From an uncultured candidatus Porisulfidus sp. (GTDB lineage: Bacteria > Pseudomonadota > Gammaproteobacteria > Poriferisulfidales > Poriferisulfidaceae): a DNA stretch of 64,000 bases. Of this stretch, positions 41,175 to 51,107 are shown piece by piece; position 1 is the stretch's first letter, and the number at the start of each line of letters is the position of its first letter. Where the stretch lies: positions 544,001 through 608,000 of the forward strand of contig OZ220480.1 in assembly GCA_965116025.1 (NCBI GenBank), read 5' to 3'. The notes under the pieces are model-generated. The model ran no database searches. It was given only the letters and a program-made list of their open reading frames with translations, and was not told the origin of the DNA. The position numbers were made by a program, and so were the translations under genes.

Positions 41175-41384
41175 ATGGAGAATTGGACAGATCGGTTGAT
41201 TAGGATTCAGGAATCTGACTCGACAGTCAATGAGATCATGGAGGTTTACCGTGAGGCTGCGGAAGTTCACGAACAAGCTCTCATCTCAATGGGACAGCAA
41301 CCCACAGCCACGCGCTCTACTTTTTCGTCTACTAAGATTGTGAGTCTGATTCCTGGCCTCAACTCTAGAGGCGATCACCAGTAA
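41175..41384 (+). CDS. Small hypothetical protein (69 aa)
   Basis: SD gggag before the ATG; TAATG coupling to the downstream protease. Confidence 0.6.
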   Translation: MENWTDRLIRIQESDSTVNEIMEVYREAAEVHEQALISMGQQPTATRSTFSSTKIVSLIPGLNSRGDHQ

Positions 41385-42388
41385 TGGCGGAGGAAGCCGG
41401 TCCTACCCCGGAAGGACCGGGTATTGTTGTGGGCGATGAGTGCCCTGATCCACTTCCAAGATCATACGGAAAGCTTCAGGAGTTCCTGGAAAAGCAGGGA
41501 GCTGACCTTTTCCAAGTTCGCCTGACCGTCATCAAGCGAATTCAGTCTGAGACAAACAGGCCTTTACTTTGCTACGCGACCCAAACGTCGAATGTGGCTA
41601 CCGGAATCCCTGTCTCCATAGAGGACGGGGATTTGGTAGGCTTCAGCGATCTAATCGATTCCGTCGACGGGACCAAGGCTGATGTCTTTGTCACTTCCAA
41701 TGGTGGTTCCGCAGAAACTACCGAACGAATTGTTCGACGCTTGCGAGAACGGTTTGATGGACTTCGGTTCATAATCCCATCTAATGCCTACAGTGCCGCT
41801 ACTCTCATGTGCCTTGCCGGGGATGAAATACTCATGCTCCCGGAAGGCACTCTTGGACCGATTGATCCTCAGCTGGGTGGAGTCCCAGCTCGGGCAATTC
41901 TTCGGGGATTTGAAAGACTGGAGGAACGATTGGCGAGGGAGGGCGCAAAAGCGCTAACGGCATATGTTCCATTGTTGCAAAAGTATGACCTCCACCTGCT
42001 TGAGCAGTGCCGTAGCGCGAATGAGCTATCGAAAGAACTAGCGCAAGTTTGGCTGACACGGTATGCGATGCGCGAATCCAGTTCAGAAGAGATTAACGAA
42101 GCTGTCGAATTCTTCAGCAACTGGGATTTGCACAAGAGTCATGGGAGAAGCATTGATGCAGCCGCGGCAAGAAGAATCGGGATTCCGGTCACAGTTCTGG
42201 ATGGCCGCCTTGCCGATTTGATTCGAAGTTTGTATCATCAATACACGTTGTTCTTCGACAAGACCCTTTTTTGCAAGGTGTTCGAAAACTCAAGAGGGGT
42301 TGCGTGGGGGCGGCAACTCTCGCCGCAAGCACTGAATATCCCTATTCCTGTCCAGGGACAATCACCGTCTAACACCGAGGTGGCATGA
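41384..42388 (+). CDS. SDH/ClpP-like serine protease (S49-related)
   Basis: SNGGS, AYSAATLMCL, LGPIDPQ and SHGRSI motifs; lower GC. Confidence 0.85.
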   Translation: MAEEAGPTPEGPGIVVGDECPDPLPRSYGKLQEFLEKQGADLFQVRLTVIKRIQSETNRPLLCYATQTSNVATGIPVSIEDGDLVGFSDLIDSVDGTKADVFVTSNGGSAETTERIVRRLRERFDGLRFIIPSNAYSAATLMCLAGDEILMLPEGTLGPIDPQLGGVPARAILRGFERLEERLAREGAKALTAYVPLLQKYDLHLLEQCRSANELSKELAQVWLTRYAMRESSSEEINEAVEFFSNWDLHKSHGRSIDAAAARRIGIPVTVLDGRLADLIRSLYHQYTLFFDKTLFCKVFENSRGVAWGRQLSPQALNIPIPVQGQSPSNTEVA

Positions 42389-42473
42389 CCTTCATGACCG
42401 CGCGGGGCAATCGCGAAGGGACACCATCAAGCGTCACCCTATCGCTGCAATCAGGTCCCAGGCCCGAGATCAT

Positions 42474-43700
42474 CTAGTTCGCGGACAGGCCATGCAGCCG
42501 CTCGGCGCGGCGCCGCAAGAGAGTGACGGTCGTCAGCAGAAGAATCGAGATCAAGACGAAAATCGTCGCCACCGCCAGGATGGTCGGCGAGATCTGCTCC
42601 CGGAGCCCGGAGAACATCTGCCGCGGAATCGTCCGCTGGGCTACGTCGCCGAGCTGCAGAATCACCACCACCTCGTCGAACGAGGTAATGAAGGCGAACA
42701 GGGCGCCAGAGACCACGCCGGGCAGGATGAGCGGAGTCTGCACCTGGAAGAACGTCCGCGACGCGGAGGCGCCCAAGCTGGCCGCGGCGCGCGCCAGGGT
42801 ATGGTCGAACCCGGCCAGGGAAGCCGTGACCGTGATAACGACGAACGGGACCCCGAGCACCGCGTGCGCGAGGATCAGCCCGGTGTAGGTCTTGGCGAGG
42901 CCAACCTGGCTGAACGCGAAAAACAGACCGGAGGCGGTGATCACCAGGGGCACCACCATCGGCGAGATCAGCAACGCCATCACCACGCGCTTGAACGGCA
43001 TCTCCGAGCGGCTGAGGCCGACCGCCGCCATGGTCCCGAGCGCCGTGGCCAGCAGAGTCGCCGGCACGCCGATGAGAAAGCTGTTCTTGATGGAGCGCAC
43101 CCACTGCGCGTTGTTCCACATATCGGACCACCAGCCAACCTCCGCGTCCGGCGCCACCATGCCGTTGCGCGCGATGTCGGCGTACCAGCGCAGGCTGAAA
43201 GCGTCTGGATCCAGCGTCAGCATGCCTTCGGTGAAACTGAAATATGGCTCCTGGTTGAAGGACAGAGGAATCACGACGAAGATCGGCGCCACCAGAAACA
43301 GGAAGATCAACGCGCAGAGGCCCCGGAACGCGTAGAACAGGGAGACTTCGCGCGGCCCCGCGTGCTCCGGCAGGCTCTCTCGATAGCGTCCGGTCGCGAG
43401 CCAGACGGCGGCCGAGGCCAAAACCCAGCCCACCGCCAGCATCAGCAAGGCCAGGCCCACGCCATGCGTCGCGAATCCCGCCAGCGCGAGCGCGAGCATA
43501 CATAGCGCGCGCGCCGCTCGGGGCGACTCGGGATGAACCGCGGCCGGGACCGACAGCGCGGCGAACAGCGCCGCGCCCGCCAACGCGTACGGCAGCATTA
43601 GCGAGACGTCGCCGTAGGCCGTGAGCGCGCCGACCAAGGCGCCCGCCGCACCACACCAGACCGCGGCGAGCCGAACCGGAGGGCGGACGGCCTCGAGCAT
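42474..43700 (-). CDS. PotC-like ABC permease with extra N-terminal TM helices
   Basis: FSLRWY, SPMVVP, AAASLGAS and FITSFDEVV motifs. Confidence 0.9.
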   Translation of the reverse strand: MLEAVRPPVRLAAVWCGAAGALVGALTAYGDVSLMLPYALAGAALFAALSVPAAVHPESPRAARALCMLALALAGFATHGVGLALLMLAVGWVLASAAVWLATGRYRESLPEHAGPREVSLFYAFRGLCALIFLFLVAPIFVVIPLSFNQEPYFSFTEGMLTLDPDAFSLRWYADIARNGMVAPDAEVGWWSDMWNNAQWVRSIKNSFLIGVPATLLATALGTMAAVGLSRSEMPFKRVVMALLISPMVVPLVITASGLFFAFSQVGLAKTYTGLILAHAVLGVPFVVITVTASLAGFDHTLARAAASLGASASRTFFQVQTPLILPGVVSGALFAFITSFDEVVVILQLGDVAQRTIPRQMFSGLREQISPTILAVATIFVLISILLLTTVTLLRRRAERLHGLSAN

Positions 43701-43703
43701 CCG

Positions 43704-44960
43704 TCAGCCGAGTTTCATCCGGTCGATGCCAGCCACGCGGTCGTATAGCCAAAACAGAAACATCACCAGGACCAGCAGCACGAACCCCATGGCGGCCGCC
43801 AAGGGCCAGTTGAGAGAGCGCCGCATGTGGAAATCGATCAGGTTGGAGATCATCTGCCCGTCCTGGCCTCCCACCAGGGCCGGGGTGATGTAGTAGCCGG
43901 TAGCGAGGATGAACACCAGCACCACGCCCGCGCCGACCCCCGGCAAGGTTTGCGGAAGATACACTTTCCAGAACGCCACCCAACCGTTCGCGCCCAAGCT
44001 TCGGGCCGCCCGGACGTACGCCCGCGGGATGGTTCGCATGACCGCGTACAGAGGCAGAATCATGAAGGGCAGGAGGATGTGCGTCATGGCGACCAGGGTC
44101 CCGGTGCGGTTGTAGACCATGCTGTACCGGCCGTCCTCTCCGATCACCCCGAACGCCACGAGCAGGTCGTTCAGCACTCCGCTGCCCTGCAGGATCGCGA
44201 TCCAGGCGGTGGTGCGCACCAGAATCGAGGTCCAGAACGGCAACAGCACCAGGATCAGCAACAGGTTCGCGCGATACGGCGTGAGGCTGGACAGGAGATG
44301 CGCCACCGGGTAGCCCAGCAAAAGGCAAAAGAGCGTGACCAGAGCGGAGATCTCTATCGTGCGCCAAAGCAGCGCGAGGTGGATGCGCCGTCTCTCGTCC
44401 TGCCGGCGAACGGAGCCATCGCCACTGTACTTGAGATCCACCGAGGCCGCCAGATACGATGGCGTGTACCGCGCCGCGGCGACGCGAAGCGCCCGCCAGG
44501 TCTCGATCTGGCCCCACGCGGGCTTGAGGTCGACCAACGCCTCCTTGCAAGGAGCCTCGAGGCGCGCCGCCTTGCGCGCCGTGGAGGTGAGCAGCGACCT
44601 TCCCCCGGGCAACTCCCGGTTCACCCGGGTAGCGACCTTGCCAATGGTCTTGTCCTTTCGCGCCTGCGCCAAGTCCTCCACCAGCGCCCGGCACATCTCC
44701 TCGGTCGGTTCCGATTCGCCGTCCCACGCCACCAGCAGGGAAGCGCTGCTCGGCATGTGCCGCGCGTACGTGTCGTCATGAACCCCCTGCCACAGGAACA
44801 GCAGCACCGGGACGACGAAGGACGCGAGCAGGAAGGCCAGCAACGGCAGGGTCAGGCCCAGCGCCCGGATTCGGCGGGCCAGGAGCGCCCGCGCCAGTCG
44901 CGTCTTGAGCGGCGCGCCGTCCGCGGTGAGCACCGGTTCGGCAGAGGCGGGCGAGGCCAC
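43704..44960 (-). CDS. PotB-like ABC permease
   Basis: LPFWTSILVRT, LPFMILPLY, AARSLGA and YITPALVGG motifs. Confidence 0.9.
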   Translation of the reverse strand: MASPASAEPVLTADGAPLKTRLARALLARRIRALGLTLPLLAFLLASFVVPVLLFLWQGVHDDTYARHMPSSASLLVAWDGESEPTEEMCRALVEDLAQARKDKTIGKVATRVNRELPGGRSLLTSTARKAARLEAPCKEALVDLKPAWGQIETWRALRVAAARYTPSYLAASVDLKYSGDGSVRRQDERRRIHLALLWRTIEISALVTLFCLLLGYPVAHLLSSLTPYRANLLLILVLLPFWTSILVRTTAWIAILQGSGVLNDLLVAFGVIGEDGRYSMVYNRTGTLVAMTHILLPFMILPLYAVMRTIPRAYVRAARSLGANGWVAFWKVYLPQTLPGVGAGVVLVFILATGYYITPALVGGQDGQMISNLIDFHMRRSLNWPLAAAMGFVLLVLVMFLFWLYDRVAGIDRMKLG

Positions 44961-45001
44961 GGATCAGGCGCTTGAGCGGCGTTCCGAATCCCGGGCGCGC
45001 G

Positions 45002-46087
45002 TCACTCGATCAGCCAAGCGTTGAACCGCTCGCTCATCTCATCCAAGCGGTCCGCCCAGAACTCCGCGTCCTCCCAGATCGCCGTCTTCATGTTGCTCGG
45101 CCAAGTTGGCATATGCGGCCGCATGTCCAGGTCCGGCCGGGAGTGATAGGCTCCCACCATCTCGGAGACCGCGTGGCGCACCGGCGCGTAAGAAATCCAC
45201 GACGATTGAACGGCCATGTTCTCGGGCCTCGAGGCGAACGCGATGAAGTCGAGCGCCAGATCCAGGTTCGGAGCGCCCTTCACGATCGCCCAGTAGCCAA
45301 TCGCCATCACCTGCGCGTCCCACACGATGGACAGGGAGCGTCCCTCCAGCGCGAACGCGTTGAAAATCCGCCCGTTGTAGGCCGTGCTCATCACCACCTC
45401 TCCGTCCGCCAGCAACTGCGGCGGCTGGGAACCCGTCTCCCACCACACCACCTGGTCCTTGATGCGGTCCAGCTTGGCGAAGGCGCGGTCGACTCCCTGG
45501 AGGGTCGCCAGCGCCTCGTACACCTGATCTGGAGGCACTCCGTCGGCGACCAGCGCCATCTCGAGCGTGGCCTTGGGGCTTCTTCGCAGGCCCCGCCTTC
45601 CGGGAAATCTCTCCAGATCGAAGAAATCCCGGATGGAGGTCGGCCCCGGCGAAAACCGGCTCCGGTCGTAGGCGAACACCACCGACCCGATCACGCTCCC
45701 GATCATGCATGGACGGATCGCGCCCTCGAAAAAGTCTCGCTCGGCGGGGGTCCCGTCCGGAGCGGGCGGCAAGATAGCGGGATCGATCTCCTCGAGCAGC
45801 CCCTCGTCGCAACCCAGAATCCCCTCGGCGACCTCGATGTCCACGACGTCCCAGGTCACGTGACCGGCCAGCGCCTGCGCCTTGACCTCGGACATGCCGC
45901 CGCTGTAGTCCTCGGAGAGGATCCGGTGACCGGTGCTGGCCATCCACGGCTTGTAGTACGCCTCCAGCTGGCTCTTGCCGTAGGAGCCGCCCCAGGAGAC
46001 CACGGTCAGGTCGCCCGCCCGCGCGCCCGGCGCCGCGAGCCCGGCGGTGGCGAGGAGAAGCGCGAGCGCTCTCGCGAACCCGCTCAT
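45002..46087 (-). CDS. PotD/PotF-like ABC substrate-binding protein, copy 2
   Basis: LTVVSWGGSY, WDVVD, FPGRRG and AYNGR motifs; signal peptide. Confidence 0.9.
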   Translation of the reverse strand: MSGFARALALLLATAGLAAPGARAGDLTVVSWGGSYGKSQLEAYYKPWMASTGHRILSEDYSGGMSEVKAQALAGHVTWDVVDIEVAEGILGCDEGLLEEIDPAILPPAPDGTPAERDFFEGAIRPCMIGSVIGSVVFAYDRSRFSPGPTSIRDFFDLERFPGRRGLRRSPKATLEMALVADGVPPDQVYEALATLQGVDRAFAKLDRIKDQVVWWETGSQPPQLLADGEVVMSTAYNGRIFNAFALEGRSLSIVWDAQVMAIGYWAIVKGAPNLDLALDFIAFASRPENMAVQSSWISYAPVRHAVSEMVGAYHSRPDLDMRPHMPTWPSNMKTAIWEDAEFWADRLDEMSERFNAWLIE

Positions 46088-47196
46088 TCGATCAACCAAG
46101 CGTTGAAGCGCTCGTTCAGCTCGTCGACGCGGTCCGCCCAGAACTCATCGTCGTGCCAAATCGCCGTCTTCCTGTTGTCTGGCCAAGTGGGGAGGTGCGG
46201 CCCCACTTTCAAGTCGGGATCGGCGTGGTAGCCATCCACCATCCGGGCGGCGGACTCGCGCGCCGGCGCGTAGGAGATCCACGAGGCCTGCACCGCCATG
46301 TTCTCGGGCATGGAAGCGAACCGGATGAAGTCCAGCGCCAGCTCCATGTTCGGGGCGCCCTTCACGATCGCCCATTTGTCGATCGCCATCACCTGCGCGT
46401 CCCAGACCACGGCGAGCGGCTGGCCTTCCGCCGCGAAGGCGTTGAAGACGCGCCCGTTGTAGGCCGTGCTCATGACGACCTCGCCATCAACCAGCAGCTG
46501 CGGCGGCTGCGCGCCCACCTCCCACCACAGGACGTGCTCCTTGATGCTGTCCAGCTTGGCGAAAGCGCGGTCGATTCCCTCCGGGGTCGCCAGCTCGTCG
46601 TAGACCTTCTCCGGCGCGACGCCGTCGGCCACCAGCGCGATCTCCAGGTTGACCTTGGGAGTCTTGCGCATGCCGCGCCGGCCGGGAAACTTCTCCAGAT
46701 CGAAGAAGTCCTGGATCGTGGTCGGAGGAGGCGACAGCCGAGATTCGTCATAGGCGAAGATGGTGGACCACACCACGGTGCCAATGGCGCAGTCGCCAAT
46801 GGCGCCCTCGACGAAATCCTTCTCGGCGGGCGTTCCGTCGGGGGCCGGAGGCAGGATGGCGGGATCGATCTCCTCGAGCAGGCCCTCGTCGCAGCCCAAG
46901 ATCGCCTCGGCGGACTCGGCATCCAGAATGTCCCAGGTCACGTGACCGGCCTCGACCTGCGCCTTGACCTCGGACAGGCCACCGCTGTAGTCCTCGGAGA
47001 GGATCCTGTGGCCCGTGCGGGCCATCCACGGCTTGTGGTAGGCCTCGACCTGACTTTTTGTGTAGGCGCCGCCGAAGGAGACGATGGTCAGATCGCCCGC
47101 GGGCGCGACGCCGGTCGCGAGCGAAAGCCCCGCGGCGGAAAGGAAGGATAAATATCTCACGGAGCTCCTCGCGAACGTCCTTGAACTTCCCATCAT
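46084..47196 (-). CDS. PotD/PotF-like ABC substrate-binding protein, copy 1
   Basis: LTIVSFGGAY, FPGRRG and AYNGR motifs; highly similar to the adjacent copy. Confidence 0.9.
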   Translation of the reverse strand: MMGSSRTFARSSVRYLSFLSAAGLSLATGVAPAGDLTIVSFGGAYTKSQVEAYHKPWMARTGHRILSEDYSGGLSEVKAQVEAGHVTWDILDAESAEAILGCDEGLLEEIDPAILPPAPDGTPAEKDFVEGAIGDCAIGTVVWSTIFAYDESRLSPPPTTIQDFFDLEKFPGRRGMRKTPKVNLEIALVADGVAPEKVYDELATPEGIDRAFAKLDSIKEHVLWWEVGAQPPQLLVDGEVVMSTAYNGRVFNAFAAEGQPLAVVWDAQVMAIDKWAIVKGAPNMELALDFIRFASMPENMAVQASWISYAPARESAARMVDGYHADPDLKVGPHLPTWPDNRKTAIWHDDEFWADRVDELNERFNAWLIE

Positions 47197-48272
47197 GGTA
47201 ACGCATCCAGCGCGCGACAGTCCTCGGTGTTCCAGCTGACCCGCGTCTTCTGCCCGACCCGCAACCGCTCGTGGTCCGCCGCATTGGCCATCTTGACGAT
47301 GAAATCGTCGTGGCCCAGCACGCGCATGCGGCAGCGAATATGGTCGCCCAAATAGATCAGCTCCTCCACCTCCGCGTCGAAGCGATTCTCCCCTTTGTCT
47401 CCGATGAACACCCGCTCCGGGCGAATCGACAGCGTGGTCGGGGTTCCCATGCCGCTGCAGTTGATCGCCAGGGCCTGACCCCGAGCGGAATCCTCGATCT
47501 CGACCTCCGCCACATCGCCCCGGATTCTCTCCACGCGACCGTACAGGCGGTTATTCTCCCCGATGAAGCGGGCGACGAAAGCCGTCTCCGGACGCTCGTA
47601 GAGCGTCTCCGGGTCGGAGTCCTGCTGGATGGATCCGTCCTTGAACACCGCGATGCGCGTCGACATGGTCAGCGCCTCGGCTTGGTCGTGCGTCACGTAG
47701 ACCACGGTCACGCCCAGCCGATCATGCAAGCGCTTGATCTCGTACTGCATGTGCTCGCGTAATTGGCGGTCCAGCGCGCCCAGGGGCTCGTCCATCAGCA
47801 CCAGCTCCGGGCGAAACACCAAAGCGCGCGCCAGCGCGGCGCGTTGCTGCTGTCCCCCCGAAAGCTCGGACGGCCGACGACCCCCGAAGCGCTCCATCTC
47901 TACCATGCGCAGGGCCTCGCGCACGCGCTCCTCGATCTCGGAGCGCGCGACCCGGCGCACCCGGAGCGGAAACGCGAGGTTCTCGCGCACCGTCATGTGC
48001 GGGAACAGGGCGTAACTCTGGAACACGACCCCGATACCCAGCCGGTGGGGAGGCATGGAGTTCACCGGGCGCCCCGCGAGGCGAATCTCCCCGTTCGTCA
48101 CGGTCTCGAAGCCGGCCAGCATCATCAGGCTAGACGTCTTGCCCGAGCCGGAAGGTCCGAGCAAGGTCATGAACTCGCCACGGGGAATGCTCAGGTTGAG
48201 GTTCTCGACCGCCAGAGTCTCGCCGTCGTAGCTCTTCTGAACCTGGTCGAATTCCACGAGCGCGGCATTCAT
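47193..48272 (-). CDS. PotA-like ABC ATPase
   Basis: GPSGSGKT, LSGGQQQR and MDEPLGALD motifs; TOBE-like C-terminus. Confidence 0.93.
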   Translation of the reverse strand: MNAALVEFDQVQKSYDGETLAVENLNLSIPRGEFMTLLGPSGSGKTSSLMMLAGFETVTNGEIRLAGRPVNSMPPHRLGIGVVFQSYALFPHMTVRENLAFPLRVRRVARSEIEERVREALRMVEMERFGGRRPSELSGGQQQRAALARALVFRPELVLMDEPLGALDRQLREHMQYEIKRLHDRLGVTVVYVTHDQAEALTMSTRIAVFKDGSIQQDSDPETLYERPETAFVARFIGENNRLYGRVERIRGDVAEVEIEDSARGQALAINCSGMGTPTTLSIRPERVFIGDKGENRFDAEVEELIYLGDHIRCRMRVLGHDDFIVKMANAADHERLRVGQKTRVSWNTEDCRALDALP

Positions 48273-48392
48273 AACTCTCGGCGCTCCCGACGCCGCCGGC
48301 GGCTTCCTCCCGATTTCGTCCCGCGGGCGCCGGAGAGAACACTCCCCTGCATCAATCTCGCGGCGGCCCGCGGTCCGAGAAAACGGTGGCTT

Positions 48393-48959
48393 TCATTCTA
48401 CCCCAGCGTCGCCGGACGGCGCGGAAGCCCCGCGCCAGGAACGTTCCGGCTCTCCCTCTTCCCGAGCCAGGACCCGCGCCAGCACGAACAGCAGATCCGA
48501 TAACCGGTTCAGGTAGATCCGCGCCGTCGCCGGCAAGTCATCCAAGACCACCGCGCGGCGCTCGGCGCGCCGGCAAACCGCCCGCGCCACATGGCACAAC
48601 GCCGCCGCCTCGCCGCCGCCAGGCAGAAGGAACTCCTCGAGCGGCGCCAGCGTCGCGTTCATCTCCCGAACGCCACGGTCCAACCGAGCCAGCTTCTCCT
48701 CCCCATTCCACGCGATCTTCCCCCGCGCGAGAACGGCGCCCAGATCGAACAAGTCCTGCTGCGCCTCGTCCACCCATCGCCTCGCCTCCCTATCCCGGAC
48801 CCGCGCGAACAACGTCCCCAGATGGCAGTTGAGCTCATCGACCGCGCCCAAAGCCTCAATCCTCGGGTCCGCCTTCGACAGGCGCGCGCCTCCCGCGATG
48901 CCGGTCGTTCCATCGTCCCCGCTCCGGGTCGTCACGCGCGAGATGCGTCGAGCCACCAT
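48393..48959 (-). CDS. Cob(I)alamin adenosyltransferase (PduO type)
   Basis: TRSGDDGTT, GAVDELN, RAVCRRAER and YLNRLSDLLF motifs. Confidence 0.93.
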   Translation of the reverse strand: MVARRISRVTTRSGDDGTTGIAGGARLSKADPRIEALGAVDELNCHLGTLFARVRDREARRWVDEAQQDLFDLGAVLARGKIAWNGEEKLARLDRGVREMNATLAPLEEFLLPGGGEAAALCHVARAVCRRAERRAVVLDDLPATARIYLNRLSDLLFVLARVLAREEGEPERSWRGASAPSGDAGVE

Positions 48960-48966
48960 CCGCTCC

Positions 48967-49491
48967 CTATCGGAGGGCATCCAGAACGGCGAGAACGTCC
49001 TCGGCGTGCCCGCGTGGGGAAACCGTTCTCCACATGTGCCGGATGACGCCTTCCGGGTCGATCAGAAACGTCTGGCGCCTCGCGTAAACCTTCCCCAGCA
49101 ACCCGACGCGCGCTCCATACCGCCCGGCGACCCTTCCCCCCGGATCGGAAAGCAATGTGAACGGCAGATCGTGCCGGTCGATGAACTGCCGGTGCCGATC
49201 CGCGTCGTCGACGCTGATCCCGACGACGCGGACGTCCCGCTCGCGAAAGCGCTCGATCTCGTCGCGAAAGCCGCGGGCCTCCATAACGCATCCGATCGTG
49301 CCGTCTTTCGGGTAGAAGTACAGCGCCAGCCACCGCCCCGAATAATCTGAAAGATGGTGGGCCACCCGGTTCTCGTCGGTCAGGGTGAACGCCGGAGCCG
49401 GCATGCCGACATCCAGAAGGTCGGGGACCGGCGGCGAGCCCAAACCCAGAAACGTCAAGCTCCGGCGCAAGCCCAACAGGAATTCGTTCAT
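48967..49491 (-). CDS. bcp: Peroxiredoxin Bcp/PrxQ
   Basis: YFYPKDGTIGC, GISVD, LLSDP and RQTFLID motifs. Confidence 0.9.
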   Translation of the reverse strand: MNEFLLGLRRSLTFLGLGSPPVPDLLDVGMPAPAFTLTDENRVAHHLSDYSGRWLALYFYPKDGTIGCVMEARGFRDEIERFRERDVRVVGISVDDADRHRQFIDRHDLPFTLLSDPGGRVAGRYGARVGLLGKVYARRQTFLIDPEGVIRHMWRTVSPRGHAEDVLAVLDALR

Positions 49492-49567
49492 CAGGGCGCT
49501 TCCTCTCCGCCATCTTCCAGGTGAATTCCCGGATCGCCGCGCGAGTCTCCATATTCGGGCGCCGACG

Positions 49568-50968
49568 TCATGACGCCGCGACGTCCGATCCGGTCCGATA
49601 CCAGCGCAGCCGCTCGCGGAGGCGAACGACCTCGCCCACCACGATGAGGGTCGGCGGTTCCACGTTCCGCGAGCGCACCAGCCGGGGGAGGTCCGCCAGA
49701 GTGCCGGTCAGCACCCGCTGGTCCGGCATCGTGCCGCGCGTGATCAGCGCGGCCGGGGTGTCGGCGTCCAAACCATGCCGAAGCAGCTGCGCGCAGATTT
49801 CCGGACACCCGGCCAGGCCCATGTAGAACACCAGGGTCTGGCGCGGATGGGCCAGCGTCTCCCAATCCAGGTCGACGCTCCCGTCCTTCAGGTGTCCCGT
49901 CACGAAAACGCAGGCCTGCGCGTGGTCGCGATGGGTCAGGGGAATGCCCGCGTAGCTGGCGCAACCGTTCGCGGCGGTGATGCCGGGGACGATCTGGAAC
50001 GCCACGCCCTCCTGCATCAGGGTGGAGATCTCCTCCCCGCCCCGTCCGAACACCAGCGGGTCTCCACCCTTCAGGCGCAGCACCCGCTTGCCTTCCCGGG
50101 CCAGGCGGACCAGCAGGGCGTTGATCGATTCCTGCTCGATCACGTGACGAGCGCGCTCCTTCCCCGCGTAGATCTTCTCGATATCCTTCCGCAACAGCGC
50201 CATGATCGGATCCGACACCAGCCGATCATAGATCACCACGTCGGCCTGCTGAATGAGGCGCATGGCGCGGAAGGTCAGGAGGTCCGGGTCGCCCGGCCCG
50301 GCGCCGACCAGATAGACCTCCCCGGCCTCCGGCGCCCGCCCGCGCTCCAGGTCCCGCCGCAAGGCCTCGTCCGCCTCCTCCTCGCGGCCCTCCAGCACCC
50401 GCTCGGCGATCGGCCCGCTCAGGACCGCTTCCCAAAACCGTCGGCGCGAACGGCGATCGGGAAAGGCCGCCCGCGCCACGCCGCGGAATCTCTCGACCAT
50501 CCCCGCGAGCCTCCCGAACGCGCCCGGAATCCGGCTCTCCAGATGGTTGCGCAACAGTCGCCCGAGCACCGGCGAGGCCCCGTCGGTGCAGATCGCGACC
50601 TGGATCGGGTCCCGGTGAATCACCGAAGGCAGCAACACGTCGCCCGCGTCGGCTCTATGAGCGGCGTTCACCAGGGAGCCGCGCCCCCGCGCCTCCGCCG
50701 CGACCCGGTCGTTCAAGGCCGCGTCATCGCTGGCGGTCACCACGAGGAAGACGTCCTCCAGATCCTCGTCCTGAAACTCCCGCGTCCGGAGGTCGATCCG
50801 TCCCGCCTCGGCGTGCGCGCGCACCGATTCGACGGCCTCAGGGGCGACCACTAGAACCGGCGCGCCCGCCCGCGCCAGCGCGTCGATCTTCCGCGCCGCG
50901 ACCGGGCCCGCCCCTACCACCAGACAGCGGCGTCCCTCGACCTTGGCGAACAGCGCGAGCGAGCTCAT
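49568..50968 (-). CDS. cysG: Siroheme synthase
   Basis: N-terminal VVGAGPVAARK dehydrogenase domain; VGAGPGDPDLLT and RLKGGDP methylase motifs. Confidence 0.95.
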   Translation of the reverse strand: MSSLALFAKVEGRRCLVVGAGPVAARKIDALARAGAPVLVVAPEAVESVRAHAEAGRIDLRTREFQDEDLEDVFLVVTASDDAALNDRVAAEARGRGSLVNAAHRADAGDVLLPSVIHRDPIQVAICTDGASPVLGRLLRNHLESRIPGAFGRLAGMVERFRGVARAAFPDRRSRRRFWEAVLSGPIAERVLEGREEEADEALRRDLERGRAPEAGEVYLVGAGPGDPDLLTFRAMRLIQQADVVIYDRLVSDPIMALLRKDIEKIYAGKERARHVIEQESINALLVRLAREGKRVLRLKGGDPLVFGRGGEEISTLMQEGVAFQIVPGITAANGCASYAGIPLTHRDHAQACVFVTGHLKDGSVDLDWETLAHPRQTLVFYMGLAGCPEICAQLLRHGLDADTPAALITRGTMPDQRVLTGTLADLPRLVRSRNVEPPTLIVVGEVVRLRERLRWYRTGSDVAAS

Positions 50969-51032
50969 CTCTCCGGGATAAGGAAGTTGGAGTAAAATTA
51001 ACTCTATTATCAACCGAAAAGGTTAAGAAGCC

Positions 51033-51107
51033 ATGTTTCGAGCAATCGCGATCCTGGTCGGCCTCGCCATCCTCGCGTCAGCCATCTACTTCGGGCTGAC
51101 CGGATAG
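51033..51107 (+). CDS. Candidate 24-aa hydrophobic peptide
   Basis: MFRAIAILVGLAILASAIYFGLTG, a single TM-like ORF; weak SD. Confidence 0.35.
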   Translation: MFRAIAILVGLAILASAIYFGLTG

